Shown one piece after another: positions 25,217 to 36,272 of a stretch of 64,000 nucleotides of DNA. Under the pieces are notes generated by a model that worked only from the letters and a program-made list of their open reading frames with translations, was not told the origin of the DNA and searched no databases. Where the stretch lies: positions 9,858,001-9,922,000 of the forward strand of contig CM060733.1 of the NCBI GenBank assembly GCA_030704615.1, in the 5' to 3' direction. The first letter of the stretch is position 1; every line of letters begins with the position of its first letter. A program made the translations under genes and the position numbers. The stretch comes from Takakia lepidozioides (lineage: Eukaryota > Plantae > Bryophyta).

Positions 25217-25722
25217 CAAGCTTTACATATGTGGAGCTCCAGAATCCATGGCGGTGCATATGCTCTCCTATCAGTTCCTTGGATGAAAAGCATGGGGTTG
25301 TGGGACGTTAATGATAACATGGACTATCTTTGGTTATATGATTGTCCTACGTTAACAGTCACGAGATAAGCCAACCTGGAAACTGAGCTGGCTGATCTGA
25401 GGTCTTGTAATCTGCATGTCCAATAAGAGTGATGCATCTGGATCTCCAGATTAGCCTCTCCCGATTATTTAAATGAAGAGATCATCAGGCTTAGGCAGGA
25501 TGTTTTTGGTGTACAAACTGGTGCAGTGGATGTGTGAAGGACGCTGGATGAAACTGTGTTGATGCTTTGCTGCTGCAACGATTGGCTTAGATTGTATGTG
25601 TGCTCTGCAATAGATCCTTCCCTGTTAGCTTGGCAAAGTTCTATAGCTTACAATCCCCTGTGCATGACTTAACCTGCAGAGGACGAGAGCATATCCTTGC
25701 GTTGGGGTTCTCAAGCTTTACA
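25217..25722 (+). repeat. 3' LTR region: B (25217-25227) + TA + A (25230-25711) + B (25712-25722)
   Basis: CAAGCTTTACA occurs on both sides of the 482-bp A copy. Confidence 0.9.
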
Positions 25723-26200
25723 TTCCCTGTTTGGCCCAGGAATCTCTGAAGGTCCCGTGGAAGTAAATTGAGGCGATGTTTGTAGTCAATTTCAACCAAG
25801 CTTTCCTAGCCTCAGTTCGTGCATAAAAAAAAAGCATTGAAATCGTGCGATTGGAGTTGTTAACCCTTATGGCCCCCTGTCTTGGTTATTTTTTCCAAGA
25901 CACCCTTACAATATGATTAAAAGGGCCTCCGTCCCCTTTGGATTAAAAGAAAAAGAAAAAAGGTTGTTAAAGTTCCAGTGGGATCTTGTTTTCCATATGT
26001 GGCAAAGCCCAGCAGCTTTGATTGTCTTAGATACTTGGCAAGATGATGCAAGGTGCTTTGTTGATGGATCGTAGTTGAGTAGCAACTTGGCTCTGGGCGA
26101 GAGAGGGAAAAATATCAAATCATCATGGGACATGAAGAGTCCACATTTACAAGACAGACAAACTTCTCCTTGTCATTCTACGCCTTCAATAAGGTCTGCG
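25723..26200 (-). mobile_element. Degenerate LINE-like 3' ORF remnant interrupted by the LTR element
   Basis: Minus-strand RKAWLKLTTN..FRDSWAKQG continues across the insertion into ILSSSKG (17790-17823). Confidence 0.4.
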
Positions 26201-26732
26201 CACGAAGACCCTGTCATCCTCCCATCCTGCGCGTTTTCTCTGCCATAAACAAAACCCTAAAGCTTTTCACACTGCCATTCTGCATCCCCGTGCAACACAC
26301 GTATTCCCTGCAAAAAAACAACAACCCTATAGCTTTCTTTTAACTTTTCTTTCTAAAAGATCAGAAAACAAAACAAAAAAAATCAGAATGCCGGGCCCAC
26401 CGACGTTATATATATATATATATATATATACACACGAAGGAAATTAAAGTTTGCTCTTATCTTAATAGTTTTTAATAATTTCAAATTTTAATATAAAATT
26501 AATTTCAAATATCTGCACTTCTGGCAGAATTATTAAAAAATAAATTTAAGACTCAGTTTATTTTTGGATAGTATTAATGTGATAGTGCTGTAATAAATCT
26601 CGTGAATTTTTAAAAGCTAAAAAAATTCCACTTTTATTTTGTTTCTATCCAAAAATGCTTTTGTTAAAAAATGTAAGTATTTTCTGATCTCTAAGTTTCA
26701 CCTTTTTATTTTAGGGTGTATAAATAAATAAA

Positions 26733-26822
26733 AATAAGCCTATAATATATATAAGCCTATATAAGTAAGCCTATATAAGCCTATGTATATATATAAGCCT
26801 ATATATACAAGCCTATATAAGC
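26733..26822 (+). repeat. AT-rich tandem ATAAGCCTAT repeat; a (TA)n run lies at ~26406-26430
   Basis: Repeated taagcctat units read directly. Confidence 0.8.
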
Positions 26823-28558
26823 AAATGAATATTTACATGTGTAAGATTCTTTTTGGGTCTTATCCAATCAAGGTACATTCATGCTAACATTTTAGTGGGG
26901 GAGGATTATGTGCTTCATGTAGGTATTATCTAGTGGAGATATATCAGGATCTTACTCATTTTTGGCACCATGCGTGTTCTCTCCCTTATAGGGAAGAGCC
27001 AATTACAGGGAGAAGCCAACAAATATAATACACATAAAGAGATAAATATAGGTAAGTATATAGGCATATGTACACATAAATTAGTATAGTGCACATACTT
27101 ACCACAGTAAATGTGGAAGACGGCGGGGGAGTACTGCTGGTGTGAAAAAACTGATACCAGCCTTGGTCTGATATACTTATGATCAGGCCCGCCATGCGTT
27201 GATTATCAGTGCTCTTTAGGCTCACTGTGAGCTCAGCTAATGAATGTCCTTCCGCTTTCTGAAGATGCGACACTGGCAGGCCCATTCGGCAGCGTGAGGC
27301 TTTGATTGACATGATAAACTATCGGAGGCAGACTAGATGCTCCAAAACCGGCCAGACGAATCGGATGGGAAAACGTTGTCATTTTGCACTACATCATATG
27401 TACCCGGGGCCTTGCATACAGAGTAGATGCAGCAGGGTGGGTGGTAGGAAGCTCATGCTTCTGATTTCCGGAATCGGATCCATGAAGCGGATGTCCGGCA
27501 CACTGACAAGAGGGTGGAGCTTCAATTGCTGGGAAAAATCACGCGGTGGCTGTGTGGAGCTGTCGGTAAATTTCACAGCAAGTTGTGGGTCCCGGGGTCT
27601 CTATTATTTGTAGCTTTGTAGGTGGCTATGATTGGCAGGGAGCACGATGAGAACAGGCGGTGGCATTGGGAACGATAGGAATAATAGTTGGCGTTGCTAG
27701 TGGAGAAGCTGGTGCCGCGGTTTAAACGTCTGGCACAGTGCCTGCAGCAGACAGAGAGCAGGCACATGCTTCCCGCTCTGGCTGCTGATCCTCTGCTGAT
27801 CCGGATGTCCAGCAGATTGCAGCTTATCATGTCCAGGGGCCGGCGAGAGAGATGAGAGCATTGACTTGATAGCATTCCCAGCCGTTCGAAACACAGAGGT
27901 TGGGTTGGGTTGCTTCACTGGTGGAACGCATCACAGAAGCTACACGAGGAGAGACGGCGCCATAATCGCCCAAGAGAACTATGTACATGTGAAAGTCACG
28001 ATCAGGTCGGTTGCCAGAACTCCGGGTTTGACTTTTATCGCGTGACGCATCATAGAAGCCCATCGTTTTCTGGTTGGGTTTGACATGTATGGAAGGATCA
28101 CTTAGAGGGAGGGCGGTTTTTCGTTGTCTCTTCCAGGGAGATAATATCTGTGTGTCAGTGCCATAGTGGAATAGTGGGTGGACGGCATTCAGAGACGTTC
28201 AGGGCGAGAGACTTTTCCAGAGAGAGAGGGAAAGGACTTCGTGATTGGGGTTGGCTTTTTTTAATGTGTTCACGAGTTATTCAGGGACTGGGAGAGGAAG
28301 CTATCCACGGAAGTAGATCTTGCTGGAGTGACACTACGTGCAGCTTAGAGCTGAATTTCAGCCTCCATTCACAGCGTACAGGTCTCCACATCGATCTGTC
28401 GAACTTCGAGGTTCTCCTGGCAAGTGGTCGATTACTGCAGAAGAGTTTTTGGAGGGGAAAGCTTGGTGGAGAAGCCTCGTCGTGGCCAGGCTCATTAGAA
28501 GGGGGCTAACAACTGAATCCCATTGTGAGGCAGCTTTGAATCATCTCTTTCAGCCGAA

Positions 28559-31246
28559 ATGCCGTCCTCCTCCGATGAGACCGATGCTTTGTCCTACACT
28601 AACCATGGCCCACAAGTTGTCATATTTCCGTACCCAACGAAAGGCCATTGCATTCCATTCTTGCATTTCGCAAAGCAGTTGAGTGCCTTTCAAAATGTCA
28701 CTGTCACATTTATTAACACACTTACCAGCCTCTCGGAAGACTTCCTTAGCGGTTTTGAAGGCATTGACAATGTGAAGATTGTGGCGCTTGGATCGGACAT
28801 CTCGGTAGATGGTGGCGGAGCGCTTCCTTTCTTAGATTCTTCAATATTGCTGGCCAAAGGTCTGGAGCGATTCTTGGAGGGAATGCCAGTGGCTCCAACT
28901 TGCATTATCAGTGATATGTTCCTAGGATGGGTGCAGGTACGGGGTACTGAATTCGTACTGCTCAAGATTGAGTTGATTCGATTATCTTCCTAGATAACTA
29001 AGTTAGACGAGTAGATCATGGACGATCTTTCATTCCATACTGGTCACAACTATTAAATGATGTAGCTTTATAGTTGTAGATATATCTGAGCAGCACGGTA
29101 GATCTGTAGGTTCAGAATAAATTATCCTTAACAAGTCTGAACTTGTTGTTGATAAAGTGATAAACGAATTGAGTCTCGAGTCTGTTGGCTTCAGGATGTG
29201 GCAAACAAGCTCATAATTCCAAGGTTTGTTCTTTTCACAACGCGGGCTGCAGTGTTAGCGATGCAGCTTCACGTCCCCTGCATGCTCGCTGAGGGCCGTT
29301 TACCTGTGCGATTGAGCTCTATGGAGCTCATTACCGATATCCCAGGTACCCCCCTTTTGCGAGCATCCGATCTGCCACCGCGCTTGATGTCATCCGATCA
29401 TCCAAACCACCGCAGATTTTTTGAACACTACGTCGGAGCATGCAGACGGCATTCGGAAGCTGCAGGAGTGCTGATTAACACCGTCCTCGAGTTGGAAGAA
29501 AATACGATTGTTGCATTACGTGACTTGGCTGTCTTCAACTCAAAGGAGTTTCAGGTCAGTTACACTCTGGCTGTCAATTCAGAAAACCATATTCTTATTT
29601 GACCAGCAACAGTCTACCGTCATGTATGGAGTGTCGCCTGGAGGGGTCGCACAAGTCAAATCCGCTCGTTGTTGTTCACAATGCATTCATATGAGAAGCA
29701 GTGACCGTACTCAATGCATGCCTGTTTTCAGTAAATAACTGTGCAAGTTTGTTGGATTGAAGGAGACGTGAAATTTGGACCCTAATTAGTGCTAAGGAAG
29801 ATCAGACCAAAATGTCGCTGATGGCCATGTCGTGCAGCCCAGCATCTTGTCAATCGGTCCACTACTGCCCTCGACATTCTTCCATGGAAATCATCTTCCC
29901 AAAAAACACTCAGAAGATCCTCCAGCACCATGCATTCAATGGTTGGATACACAGCCCGCAGGTTCTGTTGTCTTTGTTTCTTTTGGCAGCATTTCCAGTG
30001 TCTCTGTCCCTCAGCTGCATGCACTGGCCTTAGGACTTGAAAGCAGCAAGCAAGGATTCCTCTGGGTGGTTCGCCCTCCACCTCCCATGGGAGGCTCGGA
30101 CTCATGTACCCCAAAATCAATCTCGGAGTACCTTCCTGATGGATTTGAGGAACGGACCAAAACACGTGGGCTGGTCGTATCTGGTTGGGCTCCGCAATTG
30201 GATGTGTTGTCACACTTGGCGGTTGGAGGGTTTTTGACTCACTGTGGGTGGAACTCGACGCTAGAGAGCTTATGCCGAGGTGTGCCGCTGCTAGCATGGC
30301 CTCTTCAAGCAGAGCAGAAGATGAACTGCAGGTAACCATATATCATATCTACTTTCTATACTGCCAACGTAGGCCATGTAACATCAAATCTACCACTGAC
30401 AACCACAGATAGTTCCCAGGACCGGTATAACTTGCGTGCCACATTCGTGGGCTTACAAGTTCAGCTCCCGACTATGTTGTGAGACTAAGAGATACATATG
30501 CAGTGTCAGAAGTCATGTTCAATCTCGCAACAGTTTCGAAGTAAGGGAGAAAGGTTGCTGAACCCCCACATAGGATGCTTAAATCTTCCAAAATACAAAT
30601 GCTGGCCAATGGCTCCCATAACGCAGCAAGCTTAGAATTTTGAATCTGCCACAGACATTAACCTGTCATGGGTCGGCTAGTTCTTATTCTGGAGGTTTTC
30701 CAGATCGTGCTTTCCACAAACAGCTAGGATAATCATGAAACTTCAGTACCGTGGTCTGGTCACAACGAACAGCAGGGTCTTGTATTTCATGGATTCCAAC
30801 AAATCTGCTGGCCACTGCATGAAAGACTGAACTTAAAAATTCCCATTTGCAGATTTATTGTGGATGAGCTGAAGGCAGGTGTAGAAGTATGCCAGGACTC
30901 GGACGGGTTTGTGGCGAAGGAGGAGGTTGAGAGGGCAACAAGAGAGCTAATGTGTTATCCTGGAGGGTGCGGCGCTCGAAGCCGCTGTTTAGCCATAAGG
31001 GAGATGATCATCAAGGCTGTGGGACCTGGAGGGTCATCCGGAAAGAATTTGCAAGTGTTTGTTGATACCATAACCGTGCAGCATAATCTCAGCAAGAATG
31101 GGCACACTAGCAAAACCCTTCTGACTGAAATTTTCAGTCCCGTGTACGCCAACTCAGATGGTTCCAATGGTAACAGCAGGAAGCGAGAGCCGTGTGTTGC
31201 AACATCAAACGTTTTGAAAATCGAGCCCCAAAGTGGGCTGGCGTAG
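28559..31246 (+). CDS. UDP-glycosyltransferase (CAZy GT1). Exons 28559-28936, 29195-29554, 29838-30331, 30853-31246; 541 aa
   Basis: [14 protein letters not shown] (catalytic His), [31 protein letters not shown] box [43 protein letters not shown]; exon lengths sum to 1626 nt, in frame. Confidence 0.95.
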
Positions 31247-31289
31247 AGCCTGCACAAGGCTACCTAGTCGAATATATACAGACTCAAAG

Positions 31290-31430
31290 GGAGTGACACC
31301 AGTAGTTGACACTTCACCGTGACTAGCAGTTGGAGTGACATGGACGGGGTGACATCACTCAAGTGACACGGAAGGGGTGACATCACTCAAGTGACACTGG
31401 TAGTTGATGTGACATGACATGGAAGGGAGT
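31290..31430 (+). repeat. GTGACA-rich short repeat cluster including a ~29-bp tandem duplication
   Basis: ggggtgacatcactcaagtgacac twice, plus scattered gtgaca. Confidence 0.7.
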
Positions 31431-32029
31431 GAGTGTATCGGATGGTCACTCCATTGGGTATTAAGAAATGACTCATCGGAAGGACATAGCAATACAGCAA
31501 GAATCGAACTTGTACATCTTAGGTCATCACGTCATCACCTTCACCTTACCAGCAGACTATTCATCACAACATAGCAGTACATATTATTCTTAAATAAATT
31601 TTTAATAATGAGTATGGGACAAGAAGAAGTGGGGAGGATACTTTTGTGAGAATCCTTTCATGGACATGTTGTAATTGTGATCCAGTGTGAAGGTTAATTT
31701 TTTTTGAGGTTACTGAATATTCTCTTGAATACATTAAATATTCCATATACCTGCCCGGGCAATATTCTCCCATATGGAAAAATACAAATATTCCTACTGC
31801 TATGCATCCACAAATTTACGGAATTAATACCCCTCCTCAGCGCCGAGGTCATTAAGAACAAACCGGAGCTCAGAGCTAATGACCCGGGAGACCAAAATCA
31901 GGCAAAGAAACAAGAGAAAACCAAGAAGACTTGCAGAGCCAAGGAGGAAGAGGGTCCAGAACACAAGGCCTACAAGTCCCAACCAAGGCAGAAAAACGAA
32001 GAGACCAGTAACAAGTGAAATACTGCAGG

Positions 32030-32224
32030 AAAATAATAATAATAATAATAAATATAGACGCCTCCCAAAGGAAGCGTAAATTATGGTGTCTCTTCACCAC
32101 AAGGGCTATTGCTGGAAGGTGGACACTGGACACATTCACGACACACCAGACCGTGGTTTGAACCCACAAGCACATCCAACGTGGTATATGCCCTTTACCA
32201 TTGGGCTACATGCTGGTTGTCAAT
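32030..32224 (-). mobile_element. tRNA-derived SINE (family 1)
   Basis: Homologous to 34943-35127; (TTA)n tail. Confidence 0.8.
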
Positions 32225-33239
32225 GCTGCAGGAAATCAGAACTTAAGCTGCAGCTTTAATTTTTGGTCCCTAGTCCTCTTATGCCTCTAGTTGGAGTGTT
32301 TGTTTCCTCCTCTAGCATGTGGACATGCTCACGCTAGCGGGCGTGAGCACAAAGGCATATTCCAAGAGATTTTGGAAAATATGAGTTTGTGAAACCAAAA
32401 TGCGCTCACACCGTAAGAAATATGAAACTATCTGAAGATCGTTCTGAGGCCAAAAAAGATCATGAAATGAATCGTCCAAAGCTTAACTCGTGAGCACAAA
32501 GACCCACAAATATATCTGCCAAAATTCAAAGAGCAGCGCACATAAACAATGCGGCATTTGGTAACCTTGTGTGTAGAACATCCCCATGAACCACAAAAAA
32601 AAGGGTTGCGCCAACGAAACTTGGTTTTGTCTGCGAACTTGGGGTTTGGGTTTGGTTTTGGTTTTTTTTAAAGGTTTCTCCCTTTTAAGCTCCTTCTATA
32701 TGTTTAAGATTATATGTAGACACCATGGAGACCCGATGAACACATAAAGACCTATGTCCGTCTATTATATATAATTCCGCTAACATACATATCACCTCGT
32801 GGATCCGGCTCACGCGGTGATTTTTTTGTGCTCATGCAGTACCAACGTCCGGCCCACTTACCCCAATACCAGGACCATACGAGTCGTGATACGAGGACCA
32901 GAGTACACAAGGAAATCATTTTATCTCAAACAACTCGGCCTCTGCAATCAACTCCTCGTTGTCATCTAAGTGGACTTCCTCACTACTCAAAAACAGACGT
33001 GAGAGACGATACAACGTGGGAAAAAAAAAAACTGCTACCTACGATGCTACCTCTAGAACCAGGAAAACCCCAAAAAAAAAAAAAAACAACAACAACGCTG
33101 CTCCCTCCCTCACGCGCTGAGGCGCTGCCCCACTGACCCCTCTCCCCCGCTCTGAAGTCACGCTACTGCAGCAGATCGCGCAGAGAGACGACAGATCACG
33201 GGTAGTACACAAAAAAAAAAAAAAAAAAAAAAAAAACCC

Positions 33240-33461
33240 TTACGGGGAACCGGATCCGGAACCGCCACTGAACCCCGGTTCCAGTTCCCTGCCGGTTCTT
33301 GGAAATACCCATACCCGCCGGTTCCGGTTCTGGAACCGGCTTGTTCATGCTACCCTGGTTCCGGTTCCTGGGCGCCAGTTCCGGTTCCAGTACCGGTTCG
33401 GAGGAACCAGAACCGGAACCGCCGGTTCCAACCCGCCTAAGCGGGTACCCGCACAACACTG
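33240..33461. repeat. GGAACC/GGTTCC array ending at CCGCACAACACTG; probable DNA-transposon terminus
   Basis: Many ggaaccgg/ccggttcc units; the terminus is the reverse complement of CAGTGTTGTGCGG (17783). Confidence 0.55.
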
Positions 33462-33556
33462 GTGTTCACCTTTCAGCTCGAAGGTAGTAAGCCATTGTGG
33501 TGAAGTGACACCATAAGTTACGCTCCCTTTGGGCGGCGTCATACTTTTACTTTTTT
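33460..33556 (+). mobile_element. 5'-truncated SINE (family 1)
   Basis: Matches the 3' half of 34943-35127, including the (TTTAC) tail. Confidence 0.7.
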
Positions 33557-34717
33557 AAACATGAGGTTTGGTGTTCAAATCATCAGGGTGTGCCCAGTCC
33601 ACTCTGATGGAGGGTCTGTCTGCTGGAGGAGGATGTGCCTAGTCCACTCGTTGGTCTGCTGGAGGAGGGTCTGCTCAGTCCGCGAGTCGGTCCGTTGGAG
33701 GGTTTGCCCTGCCTAGTCCGCTAGAAGGTCCTCCGCGGTAGATGAACAAGGACTTGAAAATTTTCAGAATTTGGCCGACCCGGTGAATGGGCGGTGGGCT
33801 TATGAGCTCACCCCATGGGCTGGCGGGGCCATAGGTGCATTCAAGATGCTAATATTAAAAAATGACAGACGAAACATTACAGCGCTCAATAACCTGAAAA
33901 AAAAGAATTGACCTTCACAAATGGATCACAATTACAGCACAATGCACACATACTATTGCAAAAATATACCATGTCATACATATATTTTTGCACATTGCAT
34001 AGTGTACATTGAGTATAAAAAAGTTAACATAAATGCCCATGAATTCCATTGCCCTAACTCCATACATGCACCTAATGCGTCCTTTGGAGGGCTCACATAG
34101 CAACAATATTGGTATTATTAGCAATCTCGTCATACGAGTATGGTATATTATATACCGCAATATGGAGTGAGGTATATATTGCCTCTAGTATGGTATTGCC
34201 CAGGTATTGGCCAACCTACCTACCGGGTATTGTCCCACCTAGGTTTATATCATTATTGATACCCGAGTTGGACCTATATACGGGTCCAACAGTGGTTTGT
34301 TATAATACCATACTGGTAGGGTATAGGACGGGGTTTTTTTTTTAAAAATTTAAGGAGGGATGGTGGCCTCGAAAAACTTTATATCAAAAGGATAGATAGT
34401 CCGAAATTACAAAATTTGGAAGTCCAGGTGGAAAAAATAACCACCTCCAAGGCCGTGACGGCTTACCGGGAAACTACTCCATAACCAAAGAGAACCAGAG
34501 ATGAAGGGGGGTAGGGGGGAGAAGGGGGGTTACACACATTAATTTATACTCGCTTACATTGCATTAATATTATTTCATAAATTTGTATATGAATGTTGTG
34601 TTGTTTCTTTTCAACATGGTCAAAAGATTTGATATAACTAATGGGGATTCACAAATCATTTTCAGATTTATAAAAAACGATAAAATTTTAATATATATTT
34701 TTAAATTCAAAAAATAG

Positions 34718-34915
34718 AGAACCGGAACCGGAAACTGGAACCGGCGGTTCCTTCCCAAAAAATACCCGGAACCGGAACCGGAATCTGCTCATGAATTTTG
34801 GAACTAGAACCGGAACTGGAACCGCTTCATAAAAAAGAACCGGAACCGTCTCTTCAAATATACCAAGGAACCGGAACCGGAGGTTCCTTCAATATGGCAA
34901 GAACCGCACAACACC
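34718..34915 (+). repeat. GGAACC array ending at CCGCACAACAC
   Basis: Same motif family as 33240-33461. Confidence 0.55.
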
Positions 34916-34942
34916 TTCCCCTCATGTTTATTGTTCATTGCT

Positions 34943-35127
34943 GTGGACAACCAGCATGTAGCCCAGTGGTAATGGGCACATACCACGTTGGATGTGGTTG
35001 TGGGTTCAAACCACGGTATGGTGTCTCATGAAGGTGTCCACCTTTCAGCTGGAAGGCAGTAACCCTTGTGGTGAAGAGACACCATAAGTTACGCTCCCTT
35101 CAAGAGACGTCATACTTTACTTTACTT
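34943..35127 (+). mobile_element. Full-length tRNA-derived SINE (family 1) with a 9-bp TSD
   Basis: A box TAGCCCAGTGG, B box GGGTTCAAACC, (TTTAC)n tail; TSD TTCATTGCT at 34934-34942 and 35128-35136. Confidence 0.88.
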
Positions 35128-35863
35128 TTCATTGCTCTCAACCACCACACTACCGCCGCTTTGTGCCAAACCCTACAATAACTAATGCTATATGTGCAGA
35201 TTGTGGGTCCCAATAGACTAGCTTGCACTGGCCGGGTCCGGGTAGGGGTGCTCTGGGACACCTATACAACACGCGGGCCCCGCCACAGCCACACGCGCGG
35301 GCATTCAAGACGCTAATTTTGTTCAATGAAAAGAGCCAATGTTTATGGCCTGAGGTAGAGGACTCAATGGGCTGACCAAACCCTAGGAAACTCCCAGTAT
35401 TGGCCATAATCTTGTATAGAGAGACTTTGGGTGCTAAGATCCAAAGTCTTCGTAGTTCTCCATCTAGTGCTCCAAAAGGTTCATCCAACAAAAGAAAATC
35501 ACGTCCGGCGTTTTAAAAACCCTAAGATATGACTATCCACACCAATGTTTATTTTTTCATATTTCTAACATCGCTGGCGGGGCCACATGTGAATTCTACC
35601 CAGTGCCCATGTGGCGAGAATGGTGAGAATATCGAGGTAACATAGATAGAAAAGTGGCTATATTTCAGGTGTCACGTTTTGACTGGTCCACAATGGCAAG
35701 ATTAGGCCCCTGAAATTTATCTGCTGCTGCTATTTGGCGAAAAAGTCAGATTTTACCCCCCATAATTCCTTTGTACAAGTAGCTGACACAGTTTCCAGGT
35801 CGAACTTTGGCGATTTTTCACCAAAAAGAAAAACACTGATCTACACCCTTGCCATGTCCGAAT

Positions 35864-36272
35864 GCCTCTCATTTTAAGATAATAGGGTCTTCAATGGGCA
35901 CGTGCGATGTGGCCGGTGGGCCCCGCGCACAGATGCCCAGCTCCCCAACACCCCGCCCGCCCCGCTCGCCGCTGCGCGCGGTCGCCCAGCCGCGGGCGCG
36001 GCTGCAGCAACCGCGCCCGTGCCCCCCGTCCGCCACGCGGCCAGTCCCCCGCCCATGAGTCCGCTGCCCTCCAGTCTGCCAGTCCGCTGCTGGCCAGTCA
36101 GCTACCCAGCAGTCTGCCAGTCCGCCAGTATGCCTGCCAGTCCGGTGCTGGCCAGTCCGTTGCCCAGCAGTCTGCCAGTCTGCCCGCCAGTCCGCTAGCC
36201 AGTCCGCTGACAGCGCAGGATCGCCACCGTCCATTCCCATAACCCATCCGAGCCCTCTATTTTTAGGGCTGC
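35864..36272 (+). repeat. Left TIR of the MULE
   Basis: Inverted homolog of 47987-48289, with extra AGTCYG units. Confidence 0.92.

Larger units (their letters stand above)
17825..25722 (+). mobile_element. Ty3/gypsy LTR retrotransposon (decayed): ORF0-gag-PR-dUTPase-like-RT-RNaseH-IN, with atypical permuted ends
   Basis: Direct repeats 17825-18305 and 25230-25711 (~96% by manual count); TG...CA ends at 17825 and 25722; imperfect 4-bp TSD TTCA/TTCC; PBS, PPT and pol motifs in gypsy order. Confidence 0.95.

Noticed and set aside
17825-25722. DIRS/Ngaro/PAT tyrosine-recombinase retroelement, suggested by the split-repeat layout
   Set aside because: The element has an aspartic protease, a DDE integrase and a tRNA PBS; no R-H-R-Y recombinase motif was seen
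35849-36242. Several GC-rich ORFs in the left TIR (and 47818-48279 in the right TIR)
   Set aside because: By-products of GC-rich, motif-repetitive TIR sequence
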